64,000 bases of DNA from Schizochytrium sp. TIO01 (Eukaryota; Protista; Bigyra: Labyrinthulomycetes), in NCBI GenBank assembly GCA_004764695.1, contig SMSO01000034.1:3534001-3598000 (forward strand), written 5' to 3'. Made by a program: the position numbers and the translations under genes. This document shows, piece after piece, positions 42,278 through 54,671 of this stretch. How positions within the stretch are numbered: position 1 is the stretch's first letter; each line of letters begins with the position of its first letter. The notes under the pieces were generated by a model that was given only the letters and a program-made list of their open reading frames with translations, did not search any database and was not told the DNA's origin.

Positions 42278-43887
42278 AGTTTATAGTTTTCTTCGTCAAC
42301 TTTTTTCTCTGCAAATTATTCCATGCGTGCTTTCCTCCACAACTAGGTACTACTGCAACAGTATTCATGTGCGTGGAAAAAACTGTATTGCTGCCTTAGA
42401 TAGTATAAACGTACCCTTCTTCACAACCTGGATTATTTTTACAGGTTTTTAAAACTAAAGGAAATTTCAGTCTTTTTCTCTGTACTGCCTCCGACATGTC
42501 TATACTGAAGGGAAACGATGCCTACGCAGTTCTTGTGCACAGCTTTCCACAGTGCTGGTCTTGAACTGCTTCCCAGGCATGATAAAATACGGAAACGAAC
42601 ATAACAGATGAAATCGACTCTTCTCCAACCCCCGCTCGAGCCAGATATAGATATATTCGCTGTTGACCTCCATTATTACTATGTGCTATAACATTTTAAA
42701 AGTTCAACATCTCTAATCTATGCAGCGCGTGCATAGCATCAAAGCTCATCAATATTGTCACAACACAGACTCTCGCGTTCCATAGTTAGTAAATCAGATC
42801 CTATTAGTAATTAGTTATGGTTGGTTAGTAATCAACCATACCATTGTATATGGCTTGCGCCATCAGAACTTTGAAGCTAAATGTAGTCGAGCAGAATATA
42901 TTAAGAGCAGGCTCTTTTGAAATTAATTGCTAACAGAACATTCTGAGTTTCGTTTATCATCAACAGAAGTTAATCTGTAGAAACCATTACTAACAAAACT
43001 AGGTAGGTTATGCTCGTTCTCTTTCGGTATGGCTCTTGCGCCTGCCCTTTCACCCGTTTTAAGGTAGCTAGGTAGGTAGTTCCTCATTTTATATTTTCTT
43101 TTTCTTTTTATTGTATTCTTTCCTTTTTCCTTCTTTTCTGATGTCAGAGACCTTCGAAACCTGGTCGAGGCCTATACGATGCTCACTCAGGTCCGAAACT
43201 TCATATCAAGCTGTATCGCCAGAGATTAAACAGTCCCCATATTCACAAACACACATACAAATGTGCAATTAGAGCAGTCCTTCCCATTCGAAATGACTCC
43301 GTGATCGCGGTATACTTTTTAGTCCTGCAATTTTGGTTCATCTACCCCTAACTATTCTTAATAACACTTCTAGCGCGACTCTGACCGCGATCAAAACCAG
43401 AATCGCTACGATTAGCGTTGCGACCGCTCTCTCACGAAGTCCGGGAGTGGCACCGCCCGAGCGACAGGACTTAAAACGGGCTAAGTTGTTAAGGTACTCG
43501 AGCCTGTCTCCTGTACTTGTGGGGTTTATTCTTGCTCGTCATCTAACAAGGTGGCTGCAGGTCTGAGATTTCATCGCTATCCAGGCGTGACAACTTCTTT
43601 CCTGAGCTCTGAGTCCTTGCAGGTGCTTTGTTCAAACAAAGTCACAGCATATCACAGTGCCACGAGTTGATTTGCTGTCGTGATTTTTGGGACCCACTTG
43701 TTGCTCACCAACTTCTCGCGGAATAGAATAGTCACATCTGAAGCAGTCACGACCAGGACATCATTCTTACGGTTGTCTAGTCCACCAAACTGGTCTGTGC
43801 AGGTCAAGAACATTGACAAAGTGACCACAAATCGATAGCAACTGGGGGCCAACCTTACAGGCCATGCGCGAGGGGCATTTGACGTCA

Positions 43888-45108
43888 ATGGGTGCAGGGT
43901 CTTCTACAACAACTGAATCTCCCCTTGGTGTTGGTGGCATGCTTGATCATGACCCAACCATGTTCCAGTCTAAGCTCAAGCCACGTACGTCTATGGAAGA
44001 GAGAAAATTGGTACCCCCGGAGCTGGAACGGCGGGGTGAGGCTTGGCTACGCATGGCGTCTAGAGATTTGTTGCTTCCTGTAGTTGACCCTAAGTGGGAA
44101 TTAAACAACACAAAGGAGCTCGCAGCCTGGAGTGCTTTAAAACCTAATATCATTGTAGAGACCCTTTGCGCTAAAAGACCAATCAGTTCGAGTCAATACA
44201 TGATTGAGACTATGGAGCAAATTGAACGCGACTTGCCGCGGACCTATCCTGATGTAGACTTTTTTGCAAATACTGATATTAAGGACGCACTGGGGCGCAT
44301 TCTTCGAGCGCTTGCCATTGCATACCCTGAGACGGGCTATGTGCAAGGAATGAACTTTCTCGCTGCCAATATATTGCTGCACATGCGTGGATCCGAGGAT
44401 AAAACATTTTTGCTCCTTCGATATATGATGGAAGCACCCAAGTATCGACTTGTCAATGTATTTCAAGAAGGTCTGCCTAACCTTCGACGTTTTACAGATC
44501 TGCTCTCTGACTTTATGCAAGTGCGTCACCCGCTCTTATTCCAGCATTTTGAAGATATTGGGCTTGAGCCATTGTTCTACTCTCAAAATTGGACTGTTAC
44601 CCTTTTTTCCTATATGGTCCCGTTTCTCCCTCTTGCAAAGATTTGGGATCGCTTCTTTGAAGTTGGCTGGGAGGCTATCTTCAAGCATGGGCTAGCATTT
44701 TTTCACATCAATATTGGAATTCTTATGGCTGCAGACTTTGAAAAGGCAGCGGTTATCTTACGTTCTACAGCGGAGCGTCCTCCGCCAAATCTGTCAATCG
44801 TGGCTGACACAATCAAGCTTACCCCGGAAGAAGTTGAAAGAATTGCGCATACTGTCCAACTTCAGGAGCAGTATTCATCCTCCTCGGCTAGCCCTCATGT
44901 TGCTCATCTCAACCGTCGTCGCTCAAGTGTCAACAGTCAACTTCGAGAAGAAGGATGTGCGAGTCCTGCAACCATCATTTCCGCTGAAAGCCCAAAGGCG
45001 GCTTCTTCATTTTTCGGGAGCTTTCGACGAAGGCAGGCTTCAGAAGAAGGTCCGCGCTATGTAAGCGCAAGCTCCTTGGCATACGGCGCAGACACCAATA
45101 CTTTGTAG
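43888..45108 (+). CDS. TBC-domain Rab GTPase-activating protein, putatively N-myristoylated
   Basis: QIERDLPRT (Arg finger), GYVQGMNF (Gln finger), WTVTLFS, IWDRFF. The ATG at 43888 gives MGAGSS (myristoylation consensus); the alternative ATG is at 43864. Confidence 0.92.
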   Translation: MGAGSSTTTESPLGVGGMLDHDPTMFQSKLKPRTSMEERKLVPPELERRGEAWLRMASRDLLLPVVDPKWELNNTKELAAWSALKPNIIVETLCAKRPISSSQYMIETMEQIERDLPRTYPDVDFFANTDIKDALGRILRALAIAYPETGYVQGMNFLAANILLHMRGSEDKTFLLLRYMMEAPKYRLVNVFQEGLPNLRRFTDLLSDFMQVRHPLLFQHFEDIGLEPLFYSQNWTVTLFSYMVPFLPLAKIWDRFFEVGWEAIFKHGLAFFHINIGILMAADFEKAAVILRSTAERPPPNLSIVADTIKLTPEEVERIAHTVQLQEQYSSSSASPHVAHLNRRRSSVNSQLREEGCASPATIISAESPKAASSFFGSFRRRQASEEGPRYVSASSLAYGADTNTL

Positions 45109-46175
45109 ACTATTATCATATCAGTATATCATTTTTCTTTTTTTATAAGGTACAGCTAGTCTAATCAAGGATTAGACCATCACCATGAACCGTTATATTC
45201 ACTTCGCCGCCTAGGCGCTTATAGCTAGCTATCAGTTCCAGATGCTAACCTCGCAAGTTAGCATTTGGAGAGAGGAAACGCATCTACTGGCATTAAGAAG
45301 AAGCGACTAAGACTTCATTTTAAAAGTCTCTCTACCTGAAACATCATGTAAATTGAGAACCATCATGCTTTAACACTGCAAAACGAACCATTCTAGACCT
45401 CCGCATGTAAACCTGCACTCATACAAAACACGCAAACCATACAAACCAAACAGAGGACGCACTGGTCGAAAGCCTAAGGAAAACCTCAATTATCGCACAA
45501 GCATGTGAACTTCTTTAAGAAAGATAGCTTTATAGAATAGGAGATAGTATATGAACAAAGCCTGTGCAATGAATGTACAATCAGCAACTTGAATGCAGAT
45601 GACCAAATGAGAGTAATAGGGATTTGACAGACAAGATTTAGTACTGCAGGAATTCAAATACCTGCGCTGAGCTCCGTGAAAGGAAACATTACATATGAGA
45701 GAATGCATACGAATTTCTTATTTCACTTTACAACATCTTCAATCAAGCCGGGAACGATTACAAAAAAAATGTCAGTCAGGATACAGATAAAAAGTAACTA
45801 GACATAACCTTCTCTTAGACTACTATGTGGGAGTAAAAATGAACTACAAATGCAATTCAAACTCGTGAATCTTCATTTTTCCTTTGCAGATTGAATTTAA
45901 CAATTCTAGAAAAAAAGAAAAGAAAAAAAAACAAGATATTTTTCATTTGGTAGAATATAGGTAAAGAAACATGCAAAATCAAACCAAATGTGCTGAGCAT
46001 AGTAAAAAATTGTGCACCCGAGACTAAAAATTCAACGAAATTGCACTTGTTGAGCTGGTAGCCGGGTTTCGAGTTAGATTGAACATATCATTCTAATGGA
46101 GCATTTGTTCTCACAGTAGAAATTTGACTCTTAGGAGATATGTTTCTGTTCTCAATGAACCTAGCAGCGGTATAT

Positions 46176-47543
46176 CTAATAGTCAAAATCACGGTTGATA
46201 ATCAAAGGTGCTACAATGGTCCAGACATAGAGCAAGACAGTAAGCCAGGAGGCTGCAATCTTGACCCAACTTGAGACCGTGCCAATGGTAGAGTTATCTG
46301 TGGAATTTTCCGAGATACCCCAGTTGGTTAGAATCATGGCCATGTAAAAGCTTGCAAAAATAAGCACCGAGTAAAATATGTGCGGCTTGTCCTCAAGAGA
46401 ATCATTCTTGTTGTTCGCTTCTTCATTAGCCTCATCGTCCTTAACCTCAATAGTATCGCGCGCCATAATCGCCTTGCCATTTTTATCCTCGCCAATCTCA
46501 TAAATACCACCAAGTTGACTATCACCAAGCTTGGGTTTCTCCTCACTCTTGGTGTCACCAGCAAGCAGGTTACTGGTTCGCTTTGAGGCAGTGTAAGCAA
46601 GCCAAACCAATGAGACTAAGGCGATGATTACACCAACGATAACCAGTGCACTGTTGCCATCATCAAAGGGGTGGCACTCCGTGCTGGGAATGGACTCTGT
46701 GGCAGACCAGACCAAATAAGATGTGTAAAAGAAGACAATGGAGACAGGGACTGCCGAGCCTGCAATACCTGTGAACTTCTCACGGAAGACAGTCATGGTG
46801 GCGTAAATAACAAAGAGAATCAAGTTCACCACAGCAAAGCTCTTTCCTGCACGGCAGTCATCGTACTTGGCAAAAATAATGGCTGTAAACGCGAGGCCAC
46901 CGCCGAACATCAAAAATGTAATCACGTACAAGCCCACAAGCCAACCTTTGCTGCCAGTTTCCGTTCGATCGAGCCAATCTTCATTGAGCTGATAGCTGAA
47001 ATCGATCAACAGAAGAACCTGCAAAATGATGAAGAGGCCCGATGCGATGCGGGCAACCCATGCAAAACCATTTTCTGGATTATCAAAGATAGAAGACGGA
47101 AGCCACGGAAGGGAGCACATTGCACCAAGGTATAGAATCAGCTTGATAGACCACCAGCCAAGGTGAAAGCTCCAGCCACATAGCGGGCGGAAACGCTCCT
47201 CACCAGTGCAGGTTGGCACAGGAAAGGTCGCAAGAAGCATGAAGGAGAAGAAAAGAACATTGATGAAAGAGACCCTGTACACAAAGCCAATATCGGAACA
47301 AACTGTATTGCCGTCTTGGCCATCACATGAGAAATCAAGTTGTGCAAATGTCTTACCTCCATCTGGTCCATAATACTCCACGAGCCATGCCATAAGACCC
47401 GAAAGAAGCAACAGAATCACATAAGTGGCCTTGGAGGCCTGACGTGACCCCTTGACAGCTCCAGAGCCCATTGCGCAGCAGCATGAGCCCGCTGACGACA
47501 CTAAGGTGCCGCAGCAGCACAGAGCGCTAAGTACAATACCCAT
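46176..47543 (-). CDS. Serine incorporator (Serinc/TMS1/TDE) family membrane protein
   Basis: Cys-rich N-terminus, VYRVSF, GWWSIK, FIILQVLLLIDF, FASFYMAMILTNW, SWVKIAASW, LYVWTIVAPLIINRDF (Serinc consensus). Confidence 0.93.
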   Translation of the reverse strand: MGIVLSALCCCGTLVSSAGSCCCAMGSGAVKGSRQASKATYVILLLLSGLMAWLVEYYGPDGGKTFAQLDFSCDGQDGNTVCSDIGFVYRVSFINVLFFSFMLLATFPVPTCTGEERFRPLCGWSFHLGWWSIKLILYLGAMCSLPWLPSSIFDNPENGFAWVARIASGLFIILQVLLLIDFSYQLNEDWLDRTETGSKGWLVGLYVITFLMFGGGLAFTAIIFAKYDDCRAGKSFAVVNLILFVIYATMTVFREKFTGIAGSAVPVSIVFFYTSYLVWSATESIPSTECHPFDDGNSALVIVGVIIALVSLVWLAYTASKRTSNLLAGDTKSEEKPKLGDSQLGGIYEIGEDKNGKAIMARDTIEVKDDEANEEANNKNDSLEDKPHIFYSVLIFASFYMAMILTNWGISENSTDNSTIGTVSSWVKIAASWLTVLLYVWTIVAPLIINRDFDY

Positions 47544-48406
47544 TGTGCTGCTACTGTAAGTCTCCCCTTAAACCTCTGGGAATCACCACGCTGCAAACTT
47601 GTTGCCTCGCAGACCTAATAACGCTTTGGACTGGGAAGACAAACAAAGTTGAGCTACAAGAACTTAGTAGCGAGGGATCGATTGAGCGATTTGCTATTCG
47701 ATCGACTACCATGAAATGCTAGTAGGTAGTAAGAAAAAGAAGCCCTGAGGAGAACTAGTTGGCGCGTGTACTTTAAAAAGTACTTGGACACACAAGGGTC
47801 TCCCTCTCTGGAAAAAGAGCTACAAACTAGAATTTAAAAAATGACTAATGAAACAGAGAAAACCAACTCAGGCCATGTACTCAGTCTGCTGCAGCAAGTC
47901 TCCATCACAGCCAGCAAGTCAAAGCCAACGAGCCAGCAAAGCAATGAGCCACTTGCTCAATTGCGAAATAAACAGTTGATTTCCATTCTCTCTTAATTTT
48001 TTTTGTAAGTAGTAGCACTACTACTTACCTATTAGTGAATGAGGAGTAAAATGTTTCCAGCACGTGCACACATGTTTTCGTAGGTGCAGCCTAGGCATAG
48101 TTATGTATGGTGTTTACTAGTGTGATCATGGACTTAGAGAAAGAAGAAGACTTCGCCTCGAGAATAGCTCTTAATGATGAAGAATTCAAGGTAGAGGATG
48201 TTGAAGAATATTTACCTCCACGCTCTTTACCTAACACTACGTATGCAGTCTCAAATCCTAAAGCAAAAAGACAAAAACATTTACTTTGCGTTTGTGAGTG
48301 CGACTTGGTACGTTCGAGGCACTAGTAGTATGTACCCTGGCACTCTGGGAGAACGGTGGTGTTTGCTGTGAGCTCTGTTGACTGCTATTGCCGTGACTAC
48401 TTGGTA

Positions 48407-48424
48407 TCTACTACTAGTAGTAGA
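48407..48424. repeat. Perfect 18-bp palindrome TCTACTACTAGTAGTAGA
   Basis: The sequence equals its own reverse complement. Confidence 0.85.
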
Positions 48425-49637
48425 CCTTTACTCATTAACATTGCCGCTCATTTAATCTGGCATTTCCAGTCAAAAAATCCAGACGGTCCAGTTTGGGGAT
48501 AGAGGCGTGTGCGTCAAACCGTGACTGCATAATCGTCCAGCGTTCATAGGTACTAGGAAAGGAAAAGTAGGAGTCCTTCTGTAGCAGCGACAATCAAGGC
48601 GCGATGCCTAATTAAAAAAGAAACAACCAATCGCTCGAACCGCGAAAAGATTGCAAAGAGCTATGAAATAGCTTCCGAAGAATCAAATTGCCACCGAAAA
48701 GAATTGTTTCACGTCTAGACAACTTCTATAAGTGCCCTGTTTACCTCAAGATGTTGGAAAGACTACCTTGAAAAGTCGCCAAATTAAGAATAGTCTGTTT
48801 CGCAAGCAATTCCGACGGCAAAATAATAAGTGTGCTATGCCGAAGTAGTACCATAGCATAGTGTATAATAAAGCCAAATATTTCAAAGTGTTTCATAATT
48901 CTAGTTTCTGTCATATCACTCCTTTAAGGACCAACCAAAATTTGGTCCTTCACTCATTGGGCCTTTCAGACAAGTTTCGGAGAGCAGTTCTGGAGTACTA
49001 ATCAAATCTAAAGGAAAAAATGCGGGGGAAATTAAAGTCAATCAACTTAACATATATATCCTACTCCCGACTACTAAGATTGTTTCATGACAAAGTAAAT
49101 CTTTATCTTCAAATTATCCCTCCCCATTCAATGTAAGTTCTCTTTCTTTACATTCGTTTAACAAGCGTCATTTTGCGTATTGCAATTTGTACTTTTTAAA
49201 ATAGCTATACTCAAGATTGTAATCCATGTTGGTCAGAAGCTTGCATGTATTTGTGTTATCAAATACAGTGTTAGGATATAGAAGAGTATCTAGTTAATGT
49301 TCTCAGAATAGTGTTTCTTTTTTTCAGTTATGCTGGTCATCTTGATGTTATTATAATTATGGAAATGTTCCCTGAATCAATATAGAACCTTGCAAGAAAC
49401 CCCAATTGTTGATGGCTTCGAATTTCTCTCCAAGTATCTGCGGCATTTATTTGTTTGTCTAGAATTTGGATAATAATATAGCTTATTTCACAAAGACCTC
49501 AGAAGTCTTTTGGATTAGGAATCGAGACAATCTCGAAATAACCATGAAGTAAGGACACTGGAGCGCCTAAAGGGTAAACATATACTTGATGACTTTAACT
49601 AGATGCGAATGTGTTTCAAAGGTGCTTCAAAGGTGCT

Positions 49638-50648
49638 TCAAACAATCGTGACGATAATCTTGCCGATGCTGACATTAGACTCCATGTACTCATGAGCGAG
49701 TCCAAAAGACTCAATTCCGTGGAAACACCTTTTGTCGCGCACAGGTTTCAAAACCTTGGAAGCAAACTTGTCGAATGTATTTTCTACAAAGGTCTTGCAC
49801 AATTCAGCCTTGTATTCTAAAGAGCGTGAGCGCAAAGTAGTCCCAAGGAGCTGGATCCGCTTGTGAAGAACCTCCTCAAACAGCGCTGGCATCGTACCAT
49901 CTTTAGGGATACCACCAAGGAAACCGAAGAAAATCCATCTACCGTCTACTGCAATTGCTTTGGTGTTTCCTTTTACGTATGGGTAACCGACTGGGTCATG
50001 AATAATACTTACCCCATTTCCGCCTGTTGCATCGAGGACACATTGTGCCCAATCATCTGTCTTGTAGTTGAAACCTTCTGTTGCACCAAGACTCTTACAA
50101 AAGTCAATCTTCTCCTGCGTGCCTGCTGTCACAAAGATTTTGGTTAAACCAAATACGTGGCGAGCAAGTTGAATGGCTGCGGTTCCAACTCCACTTGCAC
50201 CAGCATGGATAAGTATGGAGTCATTTGGTTGGGCCTTTGCTACATATCTAAAGTGTTGAAATGCTGTTAGCCATACTTCTGGTATAGCAGCTGCGTCTTC
50301 GAAGCTCTCATCATCGGGTACACGGAGTACTTGGCGCTCATCAACAGCGACATACTCAGCATAACCGCCGCCGCCAAGGAGCGAGGAAACACGGTCACCT
50401 TGTACCCAACCAAACTCACAATCACCACCTATGGCAATGACTTTTCCGGCGCACTCAAGACCTAGCACATCAGTGGGCCCATGGTATTCACCTTGAACTT
50501 GCATAAGGTCTGCACGATTGAGGGCAGAGGCATAAATCTTAATAAGCACCTTTCGGCCTTCGGGATGTGGAACAGGGCGTTCTTGTTCTTCTATGCTACC
50601 TTCCTTCGCCACAATACATCGCATAGACTTTGGCAAAGGGGACGCCAT
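49638..50648 (-). CDS. NAD(P)H quinone oxidoreductase, PIG3/TP53I3 family (zinc-free MDR)
   Basis: ALNRADLMQVQG, LGLECAG, GGGYAEY, AIPEVWLTAFQ, LIHAGASGVGTAAIQLA, GTTLRSR, IGKII. Confidence 0.93.
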   Translation of the reverse strand: MASPLPKSMRCIVAKEGSIEEQERPVPHPEGRKVLIKIYASALNRADLMQVQGEYHGPTDVLGLECAGKVIAIGGDCEFGWVQGDRVSSLLGGGGYAEYVAVDERQVLRVPDDESFEDAAAIPEVWLTAFQHFRYVAKAQPNDSILIHAGASGVGTAAIQLARHVFGLTKIFVTAGTQEKIDFCKSLGATEGFNYKTDDWAQCVLDATGGNGVSIIHDPVGYPYVKGNTKAIAVDGRWIFFGFLGGIPKDGTMPALFEEVLHKRIQLLGTTLRSRSLEYKAELCKTFVENTFDKFASKVLKPVRDKRCFHGIESFGLAHEYMESNVSIGKIIVTIV

Positions 50649-52224
50649 CTTACCCTATTCAATTCGAGAGTGCGTATTATTTGCAAGATTTAAGCGTATA
50701 ATGTGGACTGTAGCGCGTTGCGGAATTGCAATGACCACTGTTGGCTTCGAGTTAGGTATTTCCCAAAATAGTATTTGAAGCGGCCTGACACAGAATTAAT
50801 GGAACAGATGGCGAACGATGTTTTGCAACTTGGAAATGCGAAATAGAGAGGTAAGGATACCTTGTAGTGTTGAAAATGATTCAAAGTCATGCACAGCGAG
50901 TGCGGGCCTTGTGAAGAGTGTATTCTCACTACTGATAATAGTCGAAGCTTTGGCGAGATCTTTTTTTCCAGTCGCTGAGATGCAGCGGCAAAAAGTATCA
51001 GTTCGTGCGGCATGAAATAAAAACCCGGCGTCTGAAAAATGGTTCAGAAACTGCAACGAATTCACGATTCAAGATCATTAACCAAAATCTTTCGTCCGAC
51101 TCATCAATCAACACAAGGAATCTCCCAGTAGTGACATCGGCGTGTCCAAGCAAACAGCAGGATTCGGCGCTTGCCTTGTCGCGAGAACTTTCGAATTCCT
51201 GCGACGTGTAGCATTCTTTGTCTATATTTTTATTTTCATTATATATAACAAAAAACCGGATTCTCAAGTTGTCTTTATAAAAGTAAAAAAAATATCGGTA
51301 GGAGAACGAACACTCCGAAGAACAATAGAATTCAAAGTAGTCGTCTGCCGAGTTGCTCATCAGTCTATAATACGCAGCTCAAAATGCATGATATTTAGAT
51401 ATATCGAAAAGTTCATACTAGACGCTATAGCTCTCGAATTACAGTGCTACAAAACATCGTTATGGCACAACTTTTTTTAAAATTTAACTAACGTTTCTTC
51501 ATTGAATAATTATTTTGGTTGGAGTTTTTCTCCAAGTTAAAAGATTTTAACTCAGTACCTCTGAGAGTGACGTTTCTTCGAAGGTCAGTTCTCTAAATAG
51601 GTAGGAGGTACTACCAAGGTACCAACTAGCAGCCTGGATTACTACCATTACAAATGAACGGAGAGAGCGAACTTCGTTCCCGAGATTCAGTTTGCGATTT
51701 GTAAACCACCAGTAATCTCAGCAATCTGACCCGAAACCAATCAACTACACAGATCATTAAAAACCTCGGGAAGCTTACCTCACAGATTGTAACAGTAACA
51801 GCTTCCTTTCTCTCTGTTTTGGAGTTCTTTGCCGATGATACTAAGCTAAGAGCCAGGTAGGAACCCCAAGATCTGAAGTGTCATTTTTCTAATACAACAA
51901 GCAGAGTGAGATGAGATTTTTTGAAACAGCAATTATAATTACGTATGCATACTCCCTGCAAAGCTTTGTCATTTCCTCCAGTTGCATATGATTTGGTTTG
52001 GGAACCGCAAAGAACTATCACATAATGCGATAAGTTGGGGGTTGATGTGTAATGGTTGACAGAGGGCTTGCTTTTCTTGTCCCAAAGTTGGAAAGTAGAT
52101 CCATGCATTCTTTTTATTACTAATATCTATTCTATTATTTTATTATTTTTTAATTTTAAACAATGTAAAACTATTAAGAATATAAATAGCCTATACCTGT
52201 ACATAGAGACGAAAGTTTTGACTT

Positions 52225-52245
52225 AAAAAAAAAAAAAAAAAAAAA
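52225..52245 (+). repeat. A21 homopolymer
   Basis: Directly visible run of 21 A. Confidence 0.85.
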
Positions 52246-53235
52246 TCCCTCTCAAATATTGTCAGATAATTAATTGCCCCTTAAAGCTCTTCGCCCTCCA
52301 CTTTAAAGACCAGCAATAAAGCGCAACTTAGATACAGGCTATTTTGTTATCGTTTGGTTTATTTATTTGTACAGACACGCTTTACAGGCTAGCAGGCCAC
52401 TTGGATTCGGAGGTACGAAAGAGCCTGCGGAGCTCTCGAGTCGTGATCATAAAGAGAGCTCAACGAAGGCCGTGCAGTTTAGTCCCGATGCTAATCAGGC
52501 TTTCCAACCATATGTTGTAGTAAGCGCCTCCTCTTTTTATTCCATGTCCTTGTTGCGGCGTCAGCGTTGTGAATTTCCGAGTAGCTGAATTCATTAGCCC
52601 TAAAAGTCTTATATTTGCGTATGTCCCATACGTACAGATCTCTAACTCGGAAGTCGCACCAGTTTAGAAGCGTATAACTGCACGTTAGCGATTCTTTGTA
52701 GTATTAGATCGACGCGAGGCTGTCTTGTTCCGTTGCTTCATGGCTAATCTGTAATATGCAGTTTCGCGCGCATTAATAAAAGCAATCCGTTTATGCAAAT
52801 AATTCTGTAAGTCTATGTTTATGATTTTAAAAAGTAAATAAAGTCATTTGCTATTTTTCAACCTTCGAAGGATACTATCATCTAGTTTATTAGTTAGCTT
52901 GGGAGATCATTTTAGCCTATTGTCAACAACTCAAGGAGGTACGCTACCAGCTCTGACAAATAATCACCACTCTCACTAGAGGTAAAGAGTAAAAATCGTT
53001 TAGCTAGGGTAAAAAGTCAAGCCAGAACAATCGCTGATTGCATTGGGTCGTTACTACCTAGGTAGGTACATCCTAGGTATCTAAAGTTTTTGACTTTGTA
53101 AGAATAAGTCCATGTCCCTGATAGAAACCTACTTTCTTTTATTTTTCATTGCAGCACAACTTTCTCATTACTCGAGATCTGTGTTGACTTAGTTCAAGCG
53201 CCGTCAACAGTCTACTACTACAAAAACTATCATCA

Positions 53236-53373
53236 CTACTTCTCATCACTTTCATGCATTCTCTCTACGCTCATTCTGCATTTGCGCCTGGCTAGCTGCA
53301 TTTCTACTTCTCATCACTTGCATGCATTCTCTCTACGCTCATTCTGCATTTGCGCCTGGCTAACTGCATTTCT
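53236..53373. repeat. 68-bp direct tandem duplication (two copies, 2 mismatches)
   Basis: The unit ctacttctcatcactt(t/g)catgcattctctctacgctcattctgcatttgcgcctggcta(g/a)ctgcattt starts at 53236 and again at 53304. Confidence 0.9.
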
Positions 53374-54671
53374 GGATCGTAGAACTACTTCGTCTTGCTC
53401 ATAAGTCAGAGAAAAGAGCAATATTCTTTGATTGGACAGCATTATCGCTTTGTAACACAAAAAAATGCCTTCCTCCGTGATATGGCGGTAATACACAGCT
53501 ATTTCTCCAGTGTTCTTAATTAGATAGTGTGAGAAATAGATCTTTGTTCTAGTGATTCAACATTTTGAAGTCCCTCGTCCAGAACGTGAGAGTTTGATGT
53601 AATTCAGACCAGAGTTCTGGGTGATCAGGCTGCTGGTGATCAGGAGATAGGCCTGATCGGCAATACTTGAATAGATTTTAGATATTAAAGCGAACAAAAA
53701 CAGAAAGTTAGAGGCTCATTACACAAAAAAGAAAGAAAAGAAAACAGGTTTGCATTTTTTAATCCCGTAAAGTATCAAGATCGGTGTATGCAAGGAAAAC
53801 TGAATCAGCTGTGGAAGCTGAAACTGCTGGGAACTCTTATGCCTAACAAAACTGGAGGCAGGACAATTAAACAAAGAAAAAAAGATCGAAATCTTAACTA
53901 GGCCTGAAACTGGCGTTTCGTTGTTGCATGCAAGACAGTAGTTTACCTGACAACTGCATCAGAAAATAGTTACTCGAACTGCAATACGTGTTTTAACCAT
54001 AACCGATAATCCTCCACCGTTTTCGTATCCTTAAGCTAATTTAAATTATACTTGTAGTCAATAGAGCTCTGAGTTGCTGGATTTAACCTTTTAGTGACTA
54101 TTTGAGATACAACCAGCTATCGTTCAATTGGAACCGTCACGTTAAGTTACGATTCCTTCTTCGGTTAAATTTGCTATAAGCGGCCGATCCCGATTCAAGT
54201 TGTGGCTTGGAAAACCTTGAGCAATTAATGTCTTTGGCACTTTAATAAATGAAACCAAGATGAGCATCAATTCATCCTCACAGATGACTCTGAAAGGGTA
54301 AAAAAATAAGCAAGTATAAAAGTTACCCCGACTAATCAATTGCCCTTTTCTAAGCAAACGTGGAGATGCGATGCCTGTCCTCTTCCCTCTGCAGACTTTA
54401 TTTAGCACAATCTTTTGCAATACTGTCATATCCCTGGCAAGGCAAGTCAGTTAACGATTGCGCGGCAAACCCATAATAGCGAGCCTGCTGTGAATTGGTC
54501 AAGATCCAGTAGCAGTAGCTCCATAGCTTCGACTCAGTTCGTAAAGGCATAAGTCCAAGCAATTCACCATAGCTCGAATTTGTGGAAAGACTTCAGCAAA
54601 TCTACAAAAGAGCACACATTACAAAAAAAAATCAAGTGAAGGTATTCTCCTTAAAAAACAGCTTTTGCAGC

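Noticed and set aside
50998-51360. LLGHADVTT resembling tyrosine recombinase box II
   Set aside because: No upstream HxxR and no catalytic Tyr; low-complexity AT-rich ORF, probably the 5' flank of the quinone reductase gene.
53236-53373. Repeat considered as CRISPR-like or element terminus
   Set aside because: Only two abutting copies with no spacers or inverted termini; eukaryotic context.
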